Assembly: GCA_965235115.1 (NCBI GenBank)
Contig: OZ249436.1
Location: forward strand, 28,274,001 to 28,338,000
DNA from: Laetmonice hystrix
Lineage: Eukaryota
DNA length: 64,000 nt
Direction of reading: 5' to 3'
The translations under genes and the position numbers were made by a program. The stretch's first letter is position 1. Each line of letters begins with the position of its first letter. The notes below the pieces were generated by a model. It was not told where the DNA came from, made no database searches, and worked only from the letters and a program-made list of their open reading frames with translations. Positions 53,021-64,000 of the stretch are shown here, piece after piece.

Positions 53021-53429
53021 AGGCCACCGATAATCTCGGTTTATCATGAAAAAGAAAATCTATATAATACTCAAGGTTTGATTCCCACATTTAATCTCAA
53101 ACGATGCCACTTCACAATCGGATTTGCAAATGTAACCTCAAGTTACACATTGGACAATAATATTCCACACAATAGAAACATTGTCAGGTATGGAAAATGA
53201 CACCAAGCGATGAAACTGTCAAGATTGACCAATACTGGCTAAAAATAAAACAGCTGCTAGAAATGATTGTAGCTTTCCAAATGCCCCTCCATGCCAAGAT
53301 AAGGGTCCTGTTTATTTTACAAAAACCGTACCACTTTCCTTTCGCTACAAATATTTTTGTCTTGCTTAATCTTTACAATTTTTTACCTTCTCTGTCCCTG
53401 GCCAACTCAGAGATTGTCTAAGGATTCCT
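53021..53429. mobile_element. Degenerate Kolobok-like MITE
   Basis: TTAA-AGG...CCT-TTAA ends with partially matching subterminal ATAATCTC / GAGATTGT. Confidence 0.4.
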
Positions 53430-54597
53430 TTAAAGCCTGGTGCACTGACTGCCAACAAGGTTAAAACAACACCTTTTTCTAATTACAACTGCTATCTGGT
53501 TCAAATGCCTAACCCGTGTGCCGTTATCTGTGTCAAACTTATTTCACCTATAAAGTATAAGGCGGATATTTCCGCGTTTTGAGGGCACCAGAAAACTAAA
53601 TATAGCGTCTGTGAGTGGCCATAGCATGTGTTCGCTGAGAGGACGTTCAGGAGTGGCTACCTTCTGAAGTGGAGGCAAACACTCCCACTGCAAGGCGTGT
53701 TTAGTCACAATGTTCCTAATTATCTCTGCCCTTGAGCCTACGTGATTCAGGTAGATGAACTGGGTTAACATATAAAACCTCTAGAAATCCGTCCTGTAGA
53801 TCATGTAACGCAGGGTGGCTTTACCAGAAGCACTCCCAGTATCCCCTGTACTTTAGGACAACCATCTTCTAGAAAATCTATTTACAGTCAGAAAAAAAAA
53901 CCATTAACCTCCTCAGTAGTATAATTATTGGTAGTATTATCAAAATTGGTGGAGGTGTAGTCTGGCATTCGAGATCATAGGTGACAGACAAAAAGTACAA
54001 GTCAGCTGCAAAAATAATGCAATGACTTAGGTAGGAGGACAATTCCTAAGTACATTTAATAAATGAGAAGTGAAGAAGGAGTCGAGCCTTTTTCAATTCA
54101 CAATTCAATTGTCCCTTTTACTTCAATTCTTTACTACTCCGCCTACCTGTCTAGTAATTTCGACCTGTATACGTAACACATGGAAATGTGACAATTGAAG
54201 AAAATCGTAGAGAAATTGCTCAACAACTCCTATTATCATCTTGAGGATCTAGCTAACCTAACAATGCACCAAAAAGACGTCCTTTTATTTAACGTACTGA
54301 AATACCTAGCGTTTTTACCTCGATTCTGGACAAAGTTAAAAGGGCCCAGAAACAGACAGGAAACGTTGCCTCTCTGCAGTATTTTAGCAACAATTATATG
54401 GACATTCTCGGGAGAGAGGGGGAGAAAATAAACGCTCCGAATTAGCCGGAGGGCCCGCTCTGTGTGAGAGTACAATTACGTCGTCGGACGTAACAATGAC
54501 CAGACAACACTGACGGCAGTCCCGTGTAGCAGGCGGGGATCACGACACCAAGCCTCCTCCCCACACCCACCGCCACTCCACTGTCGTTTCTTGGCTG

Positions 54598-55480
54598 GTA
54601 ACCATGGAAACATTGAGGTGTTTACCTCGACAGAATGCATATAGCTGAAAGCAGCAGTTTGCCGAGGTGCATGGGAGTGGAATAAACGCGCAAGTGTTTA
54701 ACCAAGGCTGCCCTACCGTTACAGCAAGAGACGTACTTAGGGCGGTTGTGTTTCCGATGAGAGCGAACAGAGTATGGTGTATTTATCAGACTTTCAACAC
54801 CTTGGAAAACAAAAAAAAGAGTGCCTGTAAGGTGCCGGTTTGATAGGTCGTATACCTGCTGTGCAATTACTGAGAAAACTCCTGGCATTTCGTACTATTC
54901 CAGTCTAAAAATGTTTGTCTACGTCACTGTGGTATTTATATGAATAAAGGAGCACCAGTAACGTTTGTAGGCCCTATTACTCGAAAGATTTCATTGACAA
55001 ATATGGACGCCTCGTTTTCAAAACTTCGGCTTTCCTAGCTCTTTTTACACAGTTACCATGGGAACCTTCCTGATTACATCATGAAATAAAATTTGCGATT
55101 TATTCTAATCCATCATCATCTCAAAACCAACAGATTTTTTACAAGTTTTGGGGGTCGTTTTTGTTTGTTTTGTCTTTGTGCATACAATATTGCTGTTTGG
55201 GATCTACAAGTAAAGCCAAATTAGGCCCTGGAATTGTATTGGTCTGAAGGTAGCAGGTCTCCGAAGGTTTAATAGGCACCCTTTGGTACCTGGGCAATAT
55301 CAGCAACACATTTAGGATAATGATGCATCAAAGGAATATAAAAAAGGAAAACAATTGTGTTCCATGATGTAGTTGCCATGGCAACACATCCTGTGAAAGT
55401 GTCAGTGAGATGGATGTCTATGGAGTTGCAATGGAGCTTGGCTAATGTGATTGGATGAAAACCACTGTGCCTAACCAATG
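54598..55480. promoter_or_regulatory. Cluster of three RFX X-box motifs plus CCAAT boxes
   Basis: GTAACCATGGAAAC (54598), GTTACCATGGGAAC (55052), perfect palindrome GTTGCCATGGCAAC (55372); ATTGG near 55450 and CCAAT near 55475. Confidence 0.5.
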
Positions 55481-58400
55481 GGCGCGAATCGAGTGCTTGT
55501 GTGACATTTTGACGGCGCGCTTTTTTATTCTACCATTTTGCAACGTATGTCAAACGGAGGAAAGGATGGCCATGGACATGGGTCTTAAATTAATCATTAC
55601 CATGCATTCTGTCAGGGGAACCAGACAAGTCGTTTCAAATCTACAGGTTGCGATAATGTGTCTGCGACATAAATCTGTGCAAGAAAAGAAGACTTTTCTT
55701 AAAAAGCTGCACCAGGAGAGAAATGAAAATAGGTCACGCTAGACCATAATACCACCCAATAAAACATCACACGTATACAACAATATAACATAACATGTGA
55801 ATATTACAATCAATAATTTGTTACTACTGCGGCCATGATAATGAAACATCACAAGCGAAGCAACATCCAAATAACACGTTCTATGCTGGGGGACGTGGCT
55901 GGATGTATGGGGGCACACATCAAAAGGTAGTTAGGAGGCTGCAACAGTGACCGCACGATCGGGTCTCGACAATCAAAGTCGGGACTAATGGGTGGGATCG
56001 GGCGCGATATTCTGCCTCAACCACTCCCCTGTGCACGGCACCGTTAACGCCACCTCGCAGATCAAACCTACTGATGTCTAAGCCCTTTTCAGACCCGCAT
56101 GCACAAGGCTTCTGCTTTTCTCTGCTGACCTTTGCAGGTTCCGTGATGTCAGATAGCCGGTCTGACTCGGCCACGGCTCAGGACCGAAAGGAACTCATTT
56201 TCAGCTGCCTACGTGGAATATTTCAATGGAAAAAAACCGATGAGAGAAAATAGGGTGGCGCAATTGCTTCCAAGATTAAAAAAACCGAAATACACAAATT
56301 ATGCTATTAAATAAACAAATTAAATTATTCAAACATGCAATCTGATTTAATGCCATTAGTCTGCACTTGGCCTGTTTTAGTACTTTTACTCCAGTAGGAA
56401 ATAAGCACATACATGCCGCCTGCACCACGTATTAGACCAAAAGACAGCGGGAAAATACTGCGTTCCCTTCCGACAAATCAAGGTTGTTCAATATGTTTAC
56501 CAAGCAAACATAACTGTGCCAATCCAAAATTACTCGAAAACGTGTGGTTTTGTCACTCAATCTACTGTATTTTTAGTGTGTTTTTTAATGCTAACGGCAT
56601 GACAGGAAAGCGATAGAAATCGAAGCCATCCCCCTAAACTGCTGGAGGCACGACTAGAACAGCTCAGCTCTCACTGGCTCCATTCCCGAGGGTTACTTGA
56701 TGAAATCCTCTCCGTGCAATACATGTTCCTCACCGCCGGCCGGTGGTCCTTCCAGCCGGCCAGCCATTCATTGATGGTAAAGCGTGGAGGGATATCAAAT
56801 CTATCCACCTCCGAGTACATAAATGTGCCTCTCGTGAAGAACCACCATTAGATAATGAAAGCCTTTAGTGATATATGGGTTGATGTATGATTAGGCATAC
56901 TGCCCTGTGGTTACAGAATGACACAAACACTCAAGTCGCCCCAGCTGCCGTTTAGGCTCTCAGTGTCGTGCAGAGAGGTCCGATTCCGGGTATTCAGAAA
57001 TAATATTTAGTTGATGACTTGCTGCTTCTCCCTGCTAGAATGTGTTTTCAAACAATGATACTGGTCAGTAAACGCACAAAAATAAATGAACATATTCCTC
57101 GTCCATTCAATTTCATTCTTCCCTTTGTTATGGGAAACATTAGACTATACATTTAAAGAAAGATTTAAATACTTCTGGATAATGGACACAAAAGGAAACC
57201 GTTTCATTTTAACTTGGCGCCATATTCTGATATAAGCAGGTCATCTGGCCCTTCCACGATTCGCCGTACCTCTGTGTGCAACGTCACTTTATTGTGTACA
57301 CAATCATAATACATGTATTCATTAAATAGAAAACGCACACTTCCTTCCCATCCCTGCTGGGCCACGGTCAGAACAACATAGGAACAAATCTACTCGACCA
57401 AGTCTGCCAATTCTGATGGAACTTGGTCCGAAAAGCTGATTTCTGACGGAAAATGACGACAATCTTGCGCCTTTTGTTTATCAATCAATTTTAACGAAAT
57501 ACCACATCACCAACCAAAGAAGGGGGTTTTGTTACCTTCTAACGAAATGCCTCTTTAAATCCCTGTCGCAGACAGATATTTAATTCTTAAATTAAGTTGT
57601 ATAAAATTCTGTTGTATAAAAAAAAGGTATGCTGAATCCAACACATTTAATCCTCTCACATTTAAATTAAAACCAACATCAATTAAACCTATTTGAAAAC
57701 TTAGTGTACTCACTTACAATCCGGGGTGATTTGCTACTGCCCTACCAGTTCATACATTGTATATATTCCACCACTTTCACATTCAGGCAAGTATAGCCTG
57801 TGGCTTTCCCGATAGTTCCCGGGGATAGAATTCCTAGACTTTCCTAGACACGTATTTCAAAAAGGCCAATTTCGTCAATCTTGGCGAGGGTGTGATGGCT
57901 GCTAGCTGTGCGCCAGTTACCCGCGACAGTGATTCTTGTATCGAATTCGATGCCCCTACCATCCAGAGATCCCGAGTTTTGATACACCGGGTGTATCCGG
58001 AGATACACCCGGTGTATCTCACTCGTCTCTGTGCGCTGAAATTACACGTGTACGTTACTGTGTGTCTAATCGAATAGAGTAGAGTTGTTCCTCTCACCTT
58101 GTTTACACCACGAATAGATTTAATAAATTATAGTAAGCCTACTCTTGGCATATTTTCTCTACGCCTAAATGAATATGAATTCATAAAACGATTTTTCTTT
58201 TCGAACTGAGGCCGCCGGCCTATAAGTTAGGAAGTTTCAAATGGTACTTCCCCCATCCCTAATCCTTTTTAAAGTGGGGACTCATGGCTTGCCTTCCTTC
58301 CCTGTCTGACCATATAAAAGACATGCCTATAATATTCCAAGTATACTCCGATGAGAATACAACATCTGTTTCAGTCATGATGATAGCCCAACTGGCCTAA

Positions 58401-58962
58401 ACGTCCACGGTTCAGGCCAAAAGTATAGGTCACAATGACAACAGGCCGTTTTCGTCATCAGAACCTCTTGGGTAGCATGGGATTGTCATGTTCCCTATTG
58501 TCACAGATTATGTGTAATTAAGTATTTTCCTGGCATTAGTGATTGCCTTGCCAACTTATTAGCCTTTCAGAGCCTGGTGCTGAGGCAATCAACACCCGAA
58601 GTGCTGACATCGTCAGGTAGGCGGCTGCTCCGCGCGTCACAACCTGCATCCAAATTGACCGTTTTCCATTAGTTTTTCAATAATTTGATTTTCTCTTCCA
58701 TGCACAGATTTTTGCTTTATGGAGGCAGTTAAATTTCCACTCTGGTTGCTTATGATGTTACAGAGCCTCATATACTCTTGTGAAAGGAGATCACTTTCAC
58801 CAAGCGATCAATGGCACTCAAATAACTAGGTCACACCCGACTCTTGTTTAATTAAACCAACAGACGCTTTCTTGTGGTTATACCTGTTTTGTCTGCTCAA
58901 TTAACAAGCTCAAAAATACAACATCAGAATTAGTGACTACTTTTGTGTTTCACGGGGTAATA

Positions 58963-59125
58963 TACTGAACAGCAATGAAAAGTGTTTGGTTGAGAGGAGG
59001 AATGTTGTTTTCTCAGTAAACCAGGATCACACATCTGGTTTCTTGTCAAATATTAAATGTGACTGTTCCTTTCAAATAAATATTTGAGCTATATTTTCAG
59101 CCTATGCGTTTTCATTGCCGTTTAT
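58963..59125. mobile_element. Tc1/mariner-like MITE, copy A
   Basis: Left TA-TACTGAACAGCAATGAAAA, right CCTATGCGTTTTCATTGCCGTT; internal sequence shared with 60446-60673. Confidence 0.65.
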
Positions 59126-60445
59126 GCTACAATATTCTCCGACAGTGAGATTGTAATGGAAGGTAATTTATCAGGGGGAATGGATACACTTTTTCTGTCC
59201 CCATCACGTTGCCTTCCGTCAGGGACGGAAACGAACCAGAATTTGAGCCCACTGAACAGTCCGCCTAGGAAACAATAAATGACTCGACTTTCTGGAGCAA
59301 CATGTATGGGTCTGCTCTGGCACAAAACAGTGGATATGATGCAACGGAGGCTCACGCTTTCGCTAAATATTCTTAGTAAAGATTATGAATTTATAACATC
59401 AGAAAGAGTTCTTCGAAGGCCTTCAAAATATTTTTTGAAGAAACCCTATACTACTGGTTAATTATAACTGGGTTCTAAATGAGCAATTGACGTGACCTTT
59501 CGACAAAGGAAAAAACTTAACTTCATTATCGCAAATTCTAGAAATGAAAATGAAGCCTTGCTTCGTCCAACGTGTTTTTTTTCTCGCGTTCTCTTTATAC
59601 CTATGCACGCGTTAACCCCTAGCTTATCTCCTGGAGTTGATCATCTCCCCAGATTTCTCATGCTTTAATCCGTAATCTTCGCCCAACCAACCCGTGAATG
59701 TAATGACCTACTCACGTTATATTATACTACTGCAAGATCATGGGGGGGAGAGAAACCGCGTGCATGGAGCAGTTTCGTAGGATATGCCCAATCTTCATAT
59801 AATTTTCTACGAATTACTGCTCTGCATGCCTATAAAATTATACAGGTGAAACCACCCTTGGAAATAAGATAGGATGTCCTGAGGCCTCCCCTCCACTAGA
59901 TGTATTACATCCTTGAAAGCCTTTGAGCACAGGGCTTAGCCCCCGTCTACACTCTCAGGCCCCGACTCTCTGGGCCTCTGAGCTTACGTCAGGGATATTA
60001 CTATTACCTCTAATCATCTTAAGGATGATTTACTCAGCTGAATTTCTGGACAACCTTTGGAAATGTCATGTCTAATATCTCGATTTCCGCAAGACTTTAT
60101 CTTATCAGGCTCACAATTCTGCCTCATGCTGACTACTGCAAGATGAAAGATTTCGAAAGGAAATTATTCTTAATGACCTACGTGTCTTGCATTGGAGCTT
60201 GAGACTACATAATATGGTAGTGTTCAGTACAACTCAGGAAGGAAGGTTACAGGTATCAGATCGGTGTTCACCGTCAGCCTAACTAAACATTACGTTCATC
60301 ATCTACCATTGGAACTCATTGACTAGGCACTACGTCTGCAAATCGAACCTGACCTGAGCTCAGATATGTTGAGTCTGAGCCACTAATCAAAATAAATACT
60401 TTAAAAATGTGCATCTTATAATCCCTGATACGATAAGAAATAATA

Positions 60446-60673
60446 TACTGAACGGCAATGAAAACGCATAGGTCCAAATGTATATTATATCTTCATCACT
60501 CATAGGATGTGCAAAGTGTTTTGGTTGAAAACGGAAATGTTGTTTTCTGAGTACCGGTAGTTTATTACCCCAAGCCAGGATCACACGTCTGGTTTCTTGT
60601 CAAATATCAAATGTGACTGTTCCTTTCAAATAAATATTTGAGCTATATTTTCAGCCATTATTGCCGTTCAGTA
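60446..60673. mobile_element. Tc1/mariner-like MITE, copy B
   Basis: TA-TACTGAACGGCAATGAAAACGCATAGG ... ATTGCCGTTCAGTA. Internal CCAGGATCACAC.TCTGGTTTCTTGTCAAATAT...TTTTCAGCC is shared with copy A. Confidence 0.7.
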
Positions 60674-61125
60674 CAGTAAAACTACATGTTTTCGAAAGTA
60701 TTTGTGTACGAGGCTCTGAAAATAATCATAATGATAAACACAAAAAAATGCCGTTGAATTGAGACGACCGAATTGATTCATACTGATTGACCTGAGCATT
60801 ACCAAATCCTGCAAAGTAATGTTTCATTCTTACATAAATCAGCCTGCTTCCTTTAATGACTTCCAAACGCAGAAACCGAAAAAAATAAGCACTCAGGCAT
60901 GATGGATGGAGAAAGCATTAGTTACTGGCCCTTTTCCTGTTTGTCTCCAGAATAATCGCAGTTTTTGAAAGACTATTTCAGTGACAGTGGTGGATCCAAC
61001 TGCCCCCCCCCCCAGCAAAATTGAGAAACCCCTTCGTATTCCCAGCCCTTCGGCGCTCGTCCAGGCCGGGTGCACCCCCACCCCCCCCCCCCCCCCCAGG
61101 AAGGACCCCTCGGAGTTTTATGACA

Positions 61126-61386
61126 AGGGGCCTCGGGTGGCCGAGTGGTCATAGGTGTTGGCTCATGACACCTAGGACCATCGCCTCGCACCGCTGCGAT
61201 CCGGGTTCGATCCCCGGCCAGGGCTGCATGTGTGAAAGGTTTGTCAGTCAGTTCCTTCCCGAAGGTCGGTGGTTTCCTCTCGGTACTCCGGTTTCCTCCA
61301 CCAAGAAAAACTGACTTTCATCATCATCTTCACCGCCGTGATATGACCCTGGCTGTTGCGAGGCGTAAAACCCCAAATACCCACCC
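61126..61386 (+). mobile_element. Full-length tRNA-derived SINE with V-type central domain
   Basis: A box TGGCCGAGTGG and B box GGTTCGATCCC, central GGTTTCCTCTCGGTACTCCGGTTTCCTCCAC, (ACCC)n tail. 21-bp direct repeat ACCCCTCGGAGTTTTATGACA at 61105-25 and 61387-407. Confidence 0.88.
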
Positions 61387-61407
61387 ACCCCTCGGAGTTT
61401 TATGACA

Positions 61408-63752
61408 TAGATAAACGATAAAAAAAGTAAGTAACCACAATTGATGATGACCATAAATAAACGATAGAAGTAACCACAATTGATGATGATTATATATGAT
61501 GATTATAGATAAACGATAGAAGAAGTAACCACAATTGATGATGACCATAGATAAACCATAGAAAAAGTAAGTAACCACAATTGATGATGACCATAGATAA
61601 ATGATAAAAGAAGTATGTAACCACAATTGATAATGACCACAGATAAATGATATTGATATTGATAACTTTATTGATACACTGATGATACATTATAGGTATT
61701 GTGGATATAAATGCGTGAACAGGAAGCAACATAAGTCAGCTTATGAAGTTCACTGAATTATCATTAATTGAGAAAAGTTATATAGCAAATATAAGATCAG
61801 TGTGTCTCAGTAGTACATAATAAGTATAATTAATAGTTCATTAACATTGAGATAAAAAGGCTTCGGAGGTATTGTTTCATCACAGTCTATAGGCCTATTA
61901 TGGTAAGTTAATTAATATGATATTGTTCAATACATTATTTCAATAGCTGTCAGTAAATTTGTTCGAGAATAGAATAGTAGTAATACAATATATGGAATAT
62001 AATTTACATCGGCAACAAATAACATTTATAACGGGAGTATCAAATGTTTTCACACATTTTATATCTCAAAGAGCGTTTAAACTGGGGAATTGACAGAGTG
62101 AAATCAATTTGATTGTCTTTGTAAAATCGATTAAAACTTTGTGGGCCTCTTATTAAGATTGATCTTTCATGTGTTTCATTTATGAAATTAGGTATTATAA
62201 ATAAATTAGACTGTCTTGTTGTTCTCAATGGTAAGTTATTGTGAAGAAGGAAAAGTTTTTTCATCGGTTCTGACAGGATTTCTCTATATATTTTGTACAT
62301 GAATACTATAATATTATAGTAGTAGAGGTGTTCAAGTGAAAGAATTTTTAATTTTGTGAAGAGAGGCAAAGTATGTTCATAGTAGCTAGAATGAGTTATT
62401 ATTCTTATTGCTTTTTTTTGTAACTTTATTAAAGGGTCAATTTTGTTTTTTCGGGCAGCACCCCAGATGATTATGCCAGAGTTAAAATAGCAGTGTAGGA
62501 AGGTAAAGTACATATCTACAAGCGTTGCTTTATTTACAATGTTTCGCAATTTATTTAAAATTCCTAAAGATTTAGCAACTTTATTTTTCAAGTATTCAAG
62601 ATGAGTTTTCCATGAGAGATTCTCGTCAAGATAATAACCTAGGAATTTAATTGTTGTGACGCGTTCAAGTGACTTGCCATTTAAGACAATATCAATATTT
62701 ACAGGTTTTTTTGTGAAGAGCATGTATTTAGATTTATTTATATTCATAGTTAGTTTATTTGCACAGAGCCAAGAATATATGTGCGAGAGTTCGCTATTTA
62801 CAATTTGTTCAAGTTGAGTAATACACGAGTCGCTATGTACAAAGTTACTATCATCAGCAAAAAGTATTCCTGAGAGATAATTGGTAACATTGGGAAGATC
62901 GTTAATATAAAGGAGGAACATTAGCGGCCCTATCATAGAGCCCTGAGGTACACCCATTGTAATATCCAGGTTTGTAGAAATTACATCCTTATATTTTACT
63001 TGTTGGATTCTGTTTTTTAGATAGTTTTTGAGTAATTTAAGTGGAATTCCTCTAATTCCATAATGTTCCAGTTTTTGCAAAAGAATTTCAAAATTTACGG
63101 TGTCAAACGCTTTTGAGAAATCGAGAAAAATAGCAATGGCATGCTGGTTATTTAATGCTGCTTTAGTGAGTTTATTAATAAGAGATATCACTGCGTGTTC
63201 CGTAGAGTGTTTTTCCCTGAAGCCATATTGGTCTGGATAAAACAAATTGTGTGATTTCAGGAATGTTAGGAGTCTTTTTGTTATAATCTTTTCAAAAATT
63301 TTTGAAATTGTCGGAAGTAACGAGATAGGTCTATAGTTTCCGAAATATTTCTTGTTGCCTGCTTTAAACAAAGGTCGCACAATAGCTCGTTTAAGATCAT
63401 TTGGAAAGTCTCCTTTAGTTAGGCATAGGTTAATAATATGGCATAGGGGATCAGCAAGTATATGTATAACGTTCTGCAGAATATTTTTATATGATCAAAG
63501 AAGTAACCACAATTGATGATGACTATAGATAAACGATAGAAAACGTAAGTAACCACAATTGATGATGACCATAGATAAACGATAGAAGTAACCACAATTG
63601 ATAATGACCACAGATAAATGATCAAAGAAGTAACCACAATTGATGATGACTATAGATAAACGATAGAAAACGTAAGTAACCACAATTGATGATAACCACA
63701 ATTGATGATGACCATAGATAAACGATAGAAGTAACCACAACTGATGATGACC
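61408..63752. repeat. About 40-bp minisatellite split by a LINE insertion (arms 61408-61651 and 63491-63752)
   Basis: Unit AAGTAACCACAATTGATGATGACCATAGATAAACGATAG on both sides of the LINE. Confidence 0.9.
61652..63490 (-). mobile_element. 5'-truncated non-LTR retrotransposon (CR1/L2 group) with intact reverse transcriptase frame
   Basis: ORF 62040-63380 stays open upstream to about 63490 (ILADPLCHIINLCLTKGDFPNDLKRAIVRPLFK). RT motifs NYRPISLL, QYGFR, FLDFSKAFDTV, GVPQGS, FADD, KFLG. The 3' UTR ends in AATAAA followed by an (ATCAAT)n tail. ATGAT flanks both ends. Confidence 0.93.
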
Positions 63753-64000
63753 GACTAAATGCTTCTCTCAATGGCATGTTAACCTCTTAGTGAATGTTGA
63801 CCATCTTACAACAACAATTGAGTTATTGATCAGGCATCCTCAACTACTAAGAATTATTACAATGTGTCAACTTTCTGAATAACAGTTTCTAGCTGCAATG
63901 TTAGGTGACGGAATTCTCGAAGTGGATAAAATTCTAAATAAAGGGTCAAGATTGACGTCAAGCCTTCCTCTATCACAATGTATCACACAGATATTATCTG

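Noticed and set aside
55850..55920. MCAPIHP frame reminiscent of the vertebrate PDE8 N-terminus (MGCAPSIH)
   Set aside because: It closes at a stop after about 23 codons without a convincing donor; the similarity is likely chance.
60440..60480. FGPMRF frame on the minus strand resembling the expected upstream PDE8 exon
   Set aside because: It lies in the TIR of a MITE that also occurs at 58963-59125, and no suitable splice donor was found.
61126..61220. Possible tRNA gene (A and B boxes)
   Set aside because: No convincing cloverleaf; it continues into a SINE body and is bounded by a TSD.

Overview
Eukaryotic, intron-rich animal genomic DNA, probably a lophotrochozoan invertebrate (inferred only from protein and SINE style). 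Three protein-coding genes are supported. (1) A complete 6-coding-exon sirtuin-6 (SIRT6) gene on + (2306-7131, about 395 aa). (2) A single-coding-exon gene on + (17694-19178, 494 aa) encoding a predicted secretory-pathway protein with signal peptide, thioredoxin-like domain and C-terminal 2OG-Fe(II) oxygenase. (3) A cAMP phosphodiesterase 8 (REC-PAS-catalytic) gene on -, with 18 phase-consistent coding exons between 50420 and 29473; its 5'-most exon(s) were not identified. Non-coding DNA is packed with non-autonomous DNA transposons (Kolobok-, hAT-, Tc1/mariner-, PIF- and Merlin/MULE-like MITEs), a 2.9-kb Helentron-associated element (HINE) with a higher-order tandem array very rich in TGACGTCA, tRNA-derived V-type SINEs, a 5'-truncated CR1/L2-type LINE and many minisatellites. 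The most notable observations are the oxygenase domain architecture, five decoy copies of the last PDE8 splice acceptor, the CRE-dense HINE beside a cAMP PDE, an RFX X-box cluster upstream of the first identified PDE8 exon, and tandem kB-like sites upstream of SIRT6. No rRNA, bona fide tRNA or CRISPR was found. All coordinates and counts were made by hand.
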